A stretch of DNA of 64,000 bases from Nitrosopumilus sp. (lineage in GTDB: Archaea; Thermoproteota; Nitrososphaeria; Nitrososphaerales; Nitrosopumilaceae). The notes under the pieces were generated by a model. It saw nothing but the letters and a program-made list of their open reading frames with translations, had not been told where the DNA came from and ran no database searches. Position numbers and translations under genes: made by a program. The stretch spans positions 960,001 to 1,024,000 of the forward strand of contig CBDBLX010000002.1 in assembly GCA_965207445.1 (NCBI GenBank), given 5' to 3'. Shown piece after piece: positions 44,272-54,908 of this stretch; the stretch's first letter is position 1, and each line of letters starts with the position of its first letter.

Positions 44272-44620
44272 GATATATTTAGTCCGAGATCGTCGAATCG
44301 TTTTCGTAAAACTTTATAATTTACTTGTCCTAACTCATATTGATGTTTTAGTACCTCATTTTTCATATAATACCAGAGATACTAGAATATTCCCATATAT
44401 TACACTTTCTATTTGATCTGATCAAATATGATCGTCAACGTTCAACGACATTGCGGATTATTCAAACAAAATCATATAAAACACATTGCGAACTAATGAC
44501 ATAGGCACACTCGTATCGTTCATGAGCGTGCTGGTCTGAGGTGGGAAGGGGTTGAATGGTTACGTATTATGCGATAATGTGGTATATATGGATATCGTAA
44601 TAATGTATAACATCCCAATC

Positions 44621-44644
44621 TTTAAAAACAGTGTCATCTGACAC
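44621..44644 (+). promoter_or_regulatory. putative TATA box and adjacent palindrome upstream of leader gene
   Basis: TTTAAAAA (44621-44628) then GTGTCA-TC-TGACAC (44631-44644), 14 bp before ATG. Confidence 0.5.
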
Positions 44645-44658
44645 GATAACACTACATC

Positions 44659-44901
44659 ATGACATTGAGTATCAAGATTGCAAGGGGCAAAGAATACCTG
44701 TACTTTCAGGCTGGCAAGGAGTCACTGTATATCTGCCCCAAGGACAACCCTTCAAAAGCAAAGATGGAGAACTTGACTAGGGCGCTTGAGCACACCAAGG
44801 AGAGGATGAATCACTATGCTACGTCGTACGAAGAACTTCTCCAGTTACTACCGCCCAAAGAGCGCAAACAGTATGCCACAAAATGGGTTGTGTCATCATG
44901 A
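44659..44901 (+). CDS. small basic leader protein of helicase/IIG operon (paralog of 27995-28222)
   Basis: 47/75 identity to 27995-28222; stop overlaps helicase ATG (ATGA at 44898-44901). Confidence 0.85.
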   Translation: MTLSIKIARGKEYLYFQAGKESLYICPKDNPSKAKMENLTRALEHTKERMNHYATSYEELLQLLPPKERKQYATKWVVSS

Positions 44902-47900
44902 GTGGAGATCTTGTTCCGAACAAACATGTGAATATTTCCACACAGATATTGGACAATCAAAGTAACAACGTGGTGGATTACCTGTCCTCGCATCTTTCTG
45001 ACTCGACCACATTTAGAGTCGTGTCTGCATACTTTACCATACAGGGTTACGATCTCCTGGCAGACAAGCTAGACTCACTCCAGGATGTCAAGTTCCTATT
45101 CGGTGATCCTGATTCGTTGGATGATCTGGATCCGGATAAAAATGAAGACAAACGTTTCGAAATTCGAGAAACAGGACTTCACCCTTTGCATTCTTTAAAA
45201 CAAAAACCCTTGGCAAAACGATGCCATGATTGGTTATCCAAAGAATCGGTGCAGGTTCGCTCCATGGTTCATACCAATCTCCTGCACGGTAAGATGTACC
45301 TTACAGAATCTCCTACGGGAATGGCAGGTATCGTTGGAAGTTCAAACTTTACTAAGCGCGGACTTGGATCTGGTGATCTACCAAATATTGAGATCAATCT
45401 TGCAAGCAATAATTCTGATACAATAGTGCAATTACAAACGTGGTTTGATCACTTATGGAACGATCAAGAGAAAACAAAAAACGTGAAACCGGATGTGCTG
45501 GATGCATTAAAAAGGGTAGGATCTGACTACTCTCCTGAGATCATATATTACAAAACCCTCTACGAGTTATTTAAACAAGAGATAGATGATCGAAATACAC
45601 GGGATAAAACACTCAAATCCACATCCATTACAGAAAGCCAGATCTGGAATAAACTATATGCGTTTCAACAAGACGGGGTTCGTAACGTCATATCAAAACT
45701 CCAAAAACACAACGGTTGTATACTTGCTGATAATGTTGGCCTTGGTAAAACGTATACGGCGCTAGCAGTCATCAAGTATTTTGAGCAGCGCAATGAGCGT
45801 GTTTTAGTATTATGTCCACGTAAATTACACGAAAACTGGTCACTATATCAGGCGATCAACAATCATAAACAAAATCCGTTTCCCGAAGATCGATTTTCAT
45901 ATACGTTGTTGGCACACACGGATCTATCGCGTGAATCTGGCAAATCTGGTAGTGTGGACCTGGCTAATTTCAACTGGAGTAATTATGACCTTATCGTAAT
46001 TGACGAGTCACATAATTTTCGCAACAAGGCCGGCAGCAGGTATAACAAACTGCTTGATGACGCCTTCAAAACTGGCATTAACACAAAAGTCTTGATGCTC
46101 TCTGCCACACCAGTCAACACCGATCTAAGCGATCTTCATAATCAAATATCATTAATGACTGGAGGAAAGGATAATCACTTCAATGAAACACTTGATATTG
46201 GCAATATCTCCAATGTCATGATTGCTGCCAAAAAAACTTTCAACGCTTGGGCTTCTGAACTTGACAATACGGGTAACAGAAACAAAGACACACTTTTGGA
46301 CAAGTTAGATTCGGATCTCTTTAGACTTCTAAATGCAACATCCATTGCACGCTCTCGCAAGCACATAAAGCAGTTCTATGCTGATGAACTTACTCGAATT
46401 GGGGCCTTTCCAAACAGGGACAAACCTGACAATAGATCTCCTAAAACAGATTTGAGTGAAAAACTGTCTTATGAAGAACTCGCAGAGAACATAAATGACT
46501 TTCATCTGTCATTGTACAAACCCAGCCACTACCTAATTAACAAGGAAAAGATTGACGATCTGGAAGAAAAAAGAAAAAAGCAGCACTTTAACCAACTTGA
46601 CAGCGAAAAGTTTCTGATAGGCATGATGAGAACCAATTTCCTCAAACGGCTTGAGAGCTCTGCTCATTCGTTGACATTGACCTTGAATCGTACTATCTGC
46701 AAGATGGACATACTTTTGGACAAAATCGACAGAGGTGTCAAGATCTCTGATAGTGATATTCAACCTGATGATATTGACGATGAGAATGATGATTTTATTA
46801 TCAGTAGGGAACACATCTCCTATCGCTTCGATGAGCTTGACTTGGTGCAATGGAAACAAGATCTTAAACGAGATAGGCGTGTACTGTCCAACGTGTTGCG
46901 TCAAGTTGAAACAGTTACTCCTGATCGGGATGGAAAATTGGTAGCAATCATGGGCGACATTCAAAGCAAAGTGCAAAATCTAACATATAACAAAGACGGA
47001 AAACCGAATAAAAAAATATTGGTATTTACCACCTTTAAGGATACTGCCAAATACCTGTACAAGGAGCTTGAAGGACTCTCAACTAAACTAAACATCAAAA
47101 TGGCTATGGTATCTGGAGATGAAACGCACACTCAAGTTGGGAAAAATAACTTTAATGAGATATTAAGTAATTTTGCACCTGTTGCACATAGTCGTTCAAA
47201 CAACGAAATGCCTGAAATTGATCTCCTTATTGCAACTGACTGTCTTTCAGAGGGACAGAATCTGCAAGATTGCGACACTGTCTTAAATTATGACATACAT
47301 TGGAATCCAGTGAGGTTAATACAGCGTTTTGGCCGCATTGATCGCATTGGTAGTAGAAACTCTCTTGTACGTATGATAAACTACTGGCCTACTAAAGATA
47401 TGGATGTCTACCTTAGGCTAGGACCCAGAGTTTCTTCGCGCATGGCAATGGTGGATATCACTGCAACCGGTGACTATGATCCACTTGATGACTCACATGA
47501 GGGGCAAGGGACGACTCGCAACTTTCGAGATGCTCAACTCTTACATCTCATGGATGAGATTATAGACTTGGATGATGATAGTAACGAAATTGGTTTAGGG
47601 GACTTTATAATCGAGGATTTTCTTGCCCAGTTGATGCATTACTTGGAGAAGAACCGAGCTCGATTGGAACAAATGCCGCGGGGTGTTTATGCAGTCACAA
47701 AACGTGACACACAAACTAAGACAGGCGTAATATTCTTTCTAAATCAACGTAATGCCGGATCAAAACAGAATCGGCATGTGGCTAGTCCCGTACACCCGTA
47801 TTATTTTGTGTACTTGTATAATGATGGCACCATACGCTATGGATGTTCCAGCGCCAAGCAAATCTTGACACTGTTTCAAACTCTATCAGTAGGGCGGACT

Positions 47901-48137
47901 GAACCCATTCAAGATCTTTGTGATGCTTTTGACAATTCTATTGAACATGGCAAAAACATGGAGCAGTACAATAAGTTACTCGATATCGTAATATCTCACA
48001 TTCGGCAATCTAACAAAAGCAGGCAAAGTCGAGGACTTGGACTAAATGGATCTGCAGACTTTGTTGTACCAAAACTGTCGGAATCCCCCAGAAGTGCCTT
48101 GGACTTTGAACTAATTACATGGCTTGTAATTGTGTGA
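44898..48137 (+). CDS. phospholipase D-like nuclease domain plus SNF2-family helicase
   Basis: SAYFT, LHGKMY...GSSNFT (PLD); LADNVGLGKT, IDESHNFRN, LSATP, SEGQNLQ, QRFGRIDRIG. Confidence 0.9.
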   Translation: MSGDLVPNKHVNISTQILDNQSNNVVDYLSSHLSDSTTFRVVSAYFTIQGYDLLADKLDSLQDVKFLFGDPDSLDDLDPDKNEDKRFEIRETGLHPLHSLKQKPLAKRCHDWLSKESVQVRSMVHTNLLHGKMYLTESPTGMAGIVGSSNFTKRGLGSGDLPNIEINLASNNSDTIVQLQTWFDHLWNDQEKTKNVKPDVLDALKRVGSDYSPEIIYYKTLYELFKQEIDDRNTRDKTLKSTSITESQIWNKLYAFQQDGVRNVISKLQKHNGCILADNVGLGKTYTALAVIKYFEQRNERVLVLCPRKLHENWSLYQAINNHKQNPFPEDRFSYTLLAHTDLSRESGKSGSVDLANFNWSNYDLIVIDESHNFRNKAGSRYNKLLDDAFKTGINTKVLMLSATPVNTDLSDLHNQISLMTGGKDNHFNETLDIGNISNVMIAAKKTFNAWASELDNTGNRNKDTLLDKLDSDLFRLLNATSIARSRKHIKQFYADELTRIGAFPNRDKPDNRSPKTDLSEKLSYEELAENINDFHLSLYKPSHYLINKEKIDDLEEKRKKQHFNQLDSEKFLIGMMRTNFLKRLESSAHSLTLTLNRTICKMDILLDKIDRGVKISDSDIQPDDIDDENDDFIISREHISYRFDELDLVQWKQDLKRDRRVLSNVLRQVETVTPDRDGKLVAIMGDIQSKVQNLTYNKDGKPNKKILVFTTFKDTAKYLYKELEGLSTKLNIKMAMVSGDETHTQVGKNNFNEILSNFAPVAHSRSNNEMPEIDLLIATDCLSEGQNLQDCDTVLNYDIHWNPVRLIQRFGRIDRIGSRNSLVRMINYWPTKDMDVYLRLGPRVSSRMAMVDITATGDYDPLDDSHEGQGTTRNFRDAQLLHLMDEIIDLDDDSNEIGLGDFIIEDFLAQLMHYLEKNRARLEQMPRGVYAVTKRDTQTKTGVIFFLNQRNAGSKQNRHVASPVHPYYFVYLYNDGTIRYGCSSAKQILTLFQTLSVGRTEPIQDLCDAFDNSIEHGKNMEQYNKLLDIVISHIRQSNKSRQSRGLGLNGSADFVVPKLSESPRSALDFELITWLVIV

Positions 48138-50205
48138 GGTGGGTTGATTTGATGACCGATAACAAAACCCGTATTCGGCAATCATTATTATCCCTTTCCG
48201 TAGGTGATTTTGGACATCGAGTAACTGAGCTATTGAATACATTGGGATACAAAAGTGATCGCATAGTCCATGACCGATTTGTCAGCGCATTGGAATTTAT
48301 TAATGAATACAGCGCAGATCAACCAACACAGTATGAAGAATTATTTCTTTTAGAAGTTAAATCCGTACGTGTACTATTTCAACTGACTGATGCTGAAATT
48401 GATGTGGAGCAAACTAAATTGCTTAATGAAAACATCTTTGATTCGGGAAAAACAAAAAGCTTTGTATTTGTTGCCGTTCAGTTGACATCTCACAAATATG
48501 CACGGGGCCAGTATGCATCATTTACTAGAGAAATAAACAAGCGATTTAACATGCCGGTGGTTGTACTGTTTAAGACACTTGGTGATCTTTATACTATATC
48601 TTTTGTACATCGACGTGAAAATCTACGTGATCAAACTCGTCATGTTCTAGGACCCATTTCTTTAATTCGTGAAATTAAAGCTAAAGATCCCAACCGCGCA
48701 CACATTGACATACTTGAGGCCTTGATGATGGATGCGCGTCTCAAGTGGATGGATGATAATGACAAGCAAAAAAATTTTGATGGTCTGCTAAAATCCTGGT
48801 TGAGTGCACTTGATGTTGAAGAACTCAACAAGAGGTTTTATTGTGACTTGTTTGAATGGTTCTTGCATGCAGTCAATCACAGTAAACTTCCAAAGTCAAA
48901 TATAAAATCTTTAAAACCTGAAGAGCATACACTTCGTCTCATTACTAGACTACTTTTCATATGGTTCATCAAACAGAAAGGATTGGTTGCTGATGACTTA
49001 TTTAACGAAAACAGAATTCGAACATTGTTAAAAAATTATGATAGTAAAGATGGTGACTCATACTATCGTGTAATTCTACAAAATTTGTTTTTTGCTACAC
49101 TTAATACAAAAATCAGTGATCGTAATTTTAATGATAGTCCCAACGATGCATTATCTTATCATTTTAAAAATGAAATGGAAGATCCTAAAGCTCTTCAAAC
49201 TCTGTTTAACAAAACTCCTTTTATCAACGGCGGATTATTTGATTGCTTAGATGATGATTCCGATCTTGTTGATTATTTTGTAACTGATCCTGAAAAGAGA
49301 AGTGTTTATTCCATCCCAAATTTTCTCTTCTTTAATTCTGGTGTGGGGGGATACAAAATGGCAAAAAACCACAACAAAAATTCCATACCGGGTTTATTTA
49401 CAATATTCGGTAAATATCATTTTACTGTTGAAGAGAACACTCCTCTGGAACAGGAAGTTGCACTTGATCCAGAACTAATTGGTAAAGTTTTTGAAAATTT
49501 ACTTGCTGCATATAATCCTGAAACACGTGAAACTGTACGAAATCAAACTGGATCTTACTATACTCCTAGAAAAATTGTTGATTATATGGTGGATGAATCA
49601 TTATGCACAGTTCTTACAGATAAGGTAACAAAACTAATGGAAAAAAATACCGTAAACGCATCTATGAAATTATCTGAGAAACAAATCACTGTGTTAGGTG
49701 ACAAAATACGTGCGCTGTTGGGTTATTCGTTTAATGTAACTAATTCGAAATTAAATAATTTAGAATGTAAACATATTGTTCACGTTATTTCTAAAATTAA
49801 AATAATTGATCCTGCCGTGGGTTCTGGTGCATTTCCAATGGCCGTATTGAACAAATTGACACTTATCTTGAACCGTGTTGATCCTGATAATGTATTGTGG
49901 GAACGATTACAACGCGATATGACTAAGGAGCGAATCAAAGATGTCTTTGAATACGAAGATGAAAAACTACGTGAGACTCAATTAAAACATATCAACACCG
50001 TTTTTGAAAAATATCGAAATAATTTTGGACGCAAACTTTGTTTAATTCAAAATAATATTTATGGAGTAGACATTCAACCCATTGCTATTCAAATAGCTAA
50101 ACTCAGATTTTTTATATCGTTAGCAATTGAGCAAGACCCAACTGCAAATCCCAGTACTAATTATGGTATACATCCACTACCAAATTTGGAAACAAGATTT
50201 GTCGC

Positions 50206-52334
50206 GTAACAGTTCAACCCCTATTTTGTAAGTAGGCATACAGATACAGCAATAGCGATCACCGATCATTATTGTGATCGAATTTACGTAAATCTAAATG
50301 ATAAACACGATGATATGTGAGAAAGTGCCCAAAATGTTGAAAACACGTTTGATTATTTTTTGCATCTAGGCAGGAAATTACTCAGCTAATTGATCTGTGG
50401 TCAGCTTTTGACATTGCGGGGTGTTAAATACATAGTTTTTTACTTACCATTGATACCAAAATGGTAAGTAGAAAACTTAATGATATTGTATTGCAAAAAC
50501 AGTATTTAGACTATTTTAATCACAATAATGAAAATTTACATAATTGTGTACAGTGTGTGCTCAAACACAGTTGTGCGGTGAGTAGCAAAATCATCAGAGG
50601 TGGTGTGTTGCAATGATCTCAGAGATGACCACACTGCGCAAAGAAATTCATACATTGCACTCACAGTTGGATTCTGCAAATGATACGATACGCAACAATT
50701 CTGCTGAATTAGAGAAGAGTCATCTAGAGACGGCTACTGCGCGAGCAGAGATTGCGGTATTAGAAGAGAAATACTCCAAAATGTCTGCCAAAAACAAGCA
50801 GCTTGAGGATACAATAAAGCAACAGCAACAGCAACACAATTGCAGTCAGGAATGCATAGTTTTGAGAGAAGAGAATGTACAACTAAAACAACAACTCCAA
50901 CAAAAAACCAGACAACACCACCGTGTTGATAATGCCCACACACCTCCCTCTGCAGGAAGCGACTCACAAAATAAACTCAAAAATTACAGACGCGAACATG
51001 CAGAACGCTGTTACTTGGAATATGGAATAGTTATGGAAGCCATTACTAATTCTGACAATTATGTACTCGAAAATGTAATTGCACATGAAACCAACGACAA
51101 AGCGGTTAGAAAAGGAGTCAGTCTAATCCTGTATGGGTTAGAAGATAAGACAAAAGGAAAAAAATGGAATGAAGGTGAGGGAGAGGAGAAAACAACCATA
51201 TATGATATGGACGTCACAGAGGAAATTGACTATACAGTAGACAAATGCCCCGAATGTGGTGCAGATGTAGATGTTAAACACGAATGCAAGATGGTAATAG
51301 ACACTCCAAAAATAGTCAAAGCCACAAAAAAACGGATTAAATCATCAAAAGGCAAGTGCAAAAACAACCACAAAATAAACACCATGCCCAAAGGATATAC
51401 CAAAGGCTCAATGTTTGGCCCCAATCTCATGACCATGATCGTATTCATGTTCTTTACAACACTCAGTCTAAACTCCATATCACACATGCTAACGCTAGTC
51501 GGCGTTCCAAAGGTCTCAAAGGTGACCATAATGAACGCTCTTACAGCAGTAGCAAGAGAAAAGTTTGCAGCAACTGCAAAACAGATCTCAAAAAATCTTG
51601 CAAAAACAAGATATTTGATGGGTGATGAAACGCCAGTCAAAATAGGCATAAAACGTGGCTATGCGTGGGTGTTCATAGGCGAATATGGCATCAGTTTTGT
51701 CATTACTCGCTCACGTGGTGCGGCTGTATTAGATATACACTGTCCGTTATTTGACATTCCAATCGTGGTGGATGGATACGCCGCATACAACAAATTCAAA
51801 ACCAAACAGCGCTGCTGGGCGCATGTTTTGCGCGATGCCGAACTGCTGGCAGCCATGCAAGGCGGCAATCTCGTAGAATTACACCAAAAACTCCAACACA
51901 TATTTCACGAGGCCAAACAGCTACCCCCAGACACCACAGATCAACAACTGCAAGACAACTGGATAGATCCCGTCATGGCAATTGCAGGCACATATACAGA
52001 ACTGGGATACTCGTTTGGTGGTAAACTACTCAATGCGGCGCCAGACCTGTTTACATTTGTCAAATATCCGGGCATGCCACCTACCAACAACAAATCCGAA
52101 CGAACACTTCGACGCGTCGTGATTCACAAAAAGATTCGTCAGATGTTTCGCAGTACAACAGGAATGGAGGTTTATGGTATATTGATGTCATGTATGATGA
52201 CGTGGTATGATCAGGACAAGGATCTTGTAAAGAACATCTATGACACCATCATGGCAAGCTAAATCATTCACCAAACTTCATCGCATAGCGGTAGATGTGT
52301 GTTGAGGTGTACAGGTAGGGGGTTTAACTGTTAC
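50206..52334 (+). mobile_element. IS66-family element (single-ORF type)
   Basis: TIRs GTAACAGTTCAACCCC / GGGGTTTAACTGTTAC; perfect 9-bp TSD ATTTGTCGC. Confidence 0.95.
50613..52262 (+). CDS. IS66 transposase
   Basis: Coiled coil, HTPPS, CPECG, GDETP, DGYAAY, QRCWAHVLR, PTNNKSERTLR. Confidence 0.93.
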   Translation: MISEMTTLRKEIHTLHSQLDSANDTIRNNSAELEKSHLETATARAEIAVLEEKYSKMSAKNKQLEDTIKQQQQQHNCSQECIVLREENVQLKQQLQQKTRQHHRVDNAHTPPSAGSDSQNKLKNYRREHAERCYLEYGIVMEAITNSDNYVLENVIAHETNDKAVRKGVSLILYGLEDKTKGKKWNEGEGEEKTTIYDMDVTEEIDYTVDKCPECGADVDVKHECKMVIDTPKIVKATKKRIKSSKGKCKNNHKINTMPKGYTKGSMFGPNLMTMIVFMFFTTLSLNSISHMLTLVGVPKVSKVTIMNALTAVAREKFAATAKQISKNLAKTRYLMGDETPVKIGIKRGYAWVFIGEYGISFVITRSRGAAVLDIHCPLFDIPIVVDGYAAYNKFKTKQRCWAHVLRDAELLAAMQGGNLVELHQKLQHIFHEAKQLPPDTTDQQLQDNWIDPVMAIAGTYTELGYSFGGKLLNAAPDLFTFVKYPGMPPTNNKSERTLRRVVIHKKIRQMFRSTTGMEVYGILMSCMMTWYDQDKDLVKNIYDTIMAS

Positions 52335-53942
52335 ATTTGTCGCAGCAGATACACTTATACCTCTCACCAATTTTCAAAAATACACTCAAGAAACACTCGG
52401 TCAAACTGACGAAATAAAAAAATTAGAAAAACTTCTTCTAAATAACCGTGAACAATATTTTCATGCCAACACTAGTGAATTGAAATTAAAATATAAAAAA
52501 TGTGATATGGAGTTACGTGAGAATCTTATATCTGTCTTAACTTCTGAAAATAAAAAAACAGGATATTTAGAAAAAATTATTCAATGGAATCCCTACAATC
52601 AAAATGAAACTGCAAATTGGTTTGATATTAAATATATGTTCGGAACACATGATGGATTTGATTTGGTGATTGGCAATCCACCATACATATCACTTACAAG
52701 TGAAAATGGTAAGTTGAGGCAACGTTATAGTCATATAAATTATCAAACATTTTCTAGCCGCGGTGACATATATCAATTGTTTTTTGAATGTGGTTGTAAT
52801 ATGCTCACTCATGATGGAATATTGACCTTTATTACATCGAACAGTTGGCTAAAAACCGAATATGGTAAGCGCACGCGTGCATTTTTTCCAAAATATTATA
52901 CCCCATTGTGGTTAATTGAATTAGGAAAAGATGTATTTGAAAGTGCAATTGTTGATTCGTGTATATTTTCTTTATCTGCGAGATCTATGGATGCGTCTGT
53001 ATCGTTTAAGGCTGTGGATCTCGATACTCAAATTGATTATATTTCTAACTTAACAGTTTGGAAGCGAATTCTTATTCTTGGTGATTCTCCGTGGTGTATA
53101 TTATCTGATCCTGAGCAACGTATCGTAAACAAAATTTGCTCTAAAGGAACCCCATTGAATGCTTGGAACGTAACTGCTAACATGGGCATTGTCACAGGCC
53201 ATAATGATGCGTTCATTATTAACACAGAAATAAAAAATAAATTAATTCAATCCGATTCAAAATCTATTAATATTTTAAAACCCATGTTACGTGGCAAGGA
53301 TATTGATCGTTTTTCTCCAAAATGGAAAGATCTTTGGTTAATTGACACCCATAATGGTTATGATGACGTTGACTCAGTAGATGTTAAAAAGTATCCAGCT
53401 ATTATGGAACATTTTAAACAAAAACATTTGTATCCTAAATTAAAAAAACGATCTGATCAAGGAAAAACTGTGTATAATTTGCGTGATTGTGCATATCATG
53501 AAAAATTTAAAAGTGAAAAACTGTTTTGGGCCGATATGACATCTATGGGCCGATTTGCTTATTCTGATACGGAAACCTATTGTAACAGTAAAGGTTACAT
53601 AATGGTTGGAGAGTCTTTAAAGTATCTGTGTGCAGTTCTTAACAGTATGTTGATTGCATGGTACATACAAAACACCGCCGCTACTACTGGTATGGGACTT
53701 ACAGAATGGACGGTTGTGACGGTTAAACGCATACCAATTCCAAAAATCTCAATCGAGTTACAACGTCCATTTGTATCACTAGTTGATAAAATTATTAAAA
53801 TAAAGTCTACCAATCCTGATGCAGACACACGCGAATATGAGAACCAAATAGATCTATTGGTCTATAAATTATATCAATTATCTGATGATGAAATTAATAT
53901 TGTTGATCATGATTTTTTAAATAAAAAATGATTGTGCAATAA

Positions 53943-54859
53943 GTGTGAACCAACCTATTTTGGCATAATAACAAGATCATATATCTTTAAGATGTATCAT
54001 CAGACAGTGGGCCAATGGTTTTACACAACTCCTCCCAGACATTTAGTCCACGCAGCTTCCACGTCTCAACACAACTAAATATTACCCAGAGATTTTCTGC
54101 CCCCTTACCACTCTTTAACTGCAGATGACTGTTCCTCTGACCTATTACAGGTTTCATTGACTGTTCTCCAATATTTGTGGTAGAGTAGACAAATGGATAC
54201 AAAATAAATGTAAAAAGTTCGGGCGCTGTGTTTTCTAGTGTGGTGCCAAACTTTTTCATTATTTCATATCTGCTTTTTTTGTATCTAGATATTATACCAC
54301 ACAACCATTTTTGAAGTTTTGTAACATATGAACGCCTACTCTTTAAAGAGCGGTCGCCACGAGTCCATTTGCGCAACGCGATAAATTTTTTGTTCAACTC
54401 ATTGTACAGATTGGTAGCAGATTTAAGTTCACTACGATTTGAAATAGTTCTACTCTCCCGCACAATGTGTTGTGTGCAGCGCTGTTTTGTGTGATTTGGG
54501 AATACAGTATCATATCTGCGGTATTCATCTCGACTTATTGTACCAATACAGTTTTTGGCCTGTGCTATGAGATCTGTTGCACTACGATTCTGAGCGTGCA
54601 TGTACGCTATGGTGTCATCGTTTCTAACTGCCATTATCCATCTTTTGGGCTCGCCTTTGTATTCGGTCTCATCCATGATTACTGACTGTGATTTTTCTAA
54701 TTCTGCCATGAAACCGTATCTTATGGGTTTTAGCAGTATGGTTTGACGGTCGCATATATTACGAATTGCCGTATCAGAAACGTCTAGTTTGTACAGATTC
54801 TTTAAACCTTCTGAAATCATTTTAGGAGTCTTTCTGTGAGAGAGTTGATATGTTACATA
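53943..54859 (-). mobile_element. 5'-truncated IS66-like element (family 2, copy 2)
   Basis: Same TIR GTGTGAACCAACCT; colinear with 42376-43407 minus the MITE; homology ends ~54859. Confidence 0.85.
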
Positions 54860-54908
54860 CTGAGTGAGCGGAGCCATACTTTACATCTATTATATTATAA
54901 ATTGTAAT

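Larger units (their letters stand above)
48152..53931 (+). pseudogene. type IIG/Eco57I-like RM methyltransferase split by IS66 (48152-50205 joined to 52344-53931 gives 1213 aa)
   Basis: PFINGGLF, GSYYTPR, DPAVGSGAF in 5' part; IGNPPY and TaqI-C-like TRD in 3' part; removing IS plus one TSD restores frame (TRFVAADTLIP). Confidence 0.9.

Noticed and set aside
44898..53931. Calling this DISARM or BREX
   Set aside because: No drmA/drmB (DUF1998) or pglZ/brxC genes seen; only PLD-SNF2 and a IIG-like methyltransferase
53987..54877. Intact 296-aa transposase
   Set aside because: First codons (MAPLTQ) come from flanking DNA beyond the homology breakpoint; the N-terminal coiled-coil/zinc region and one TIR are missing
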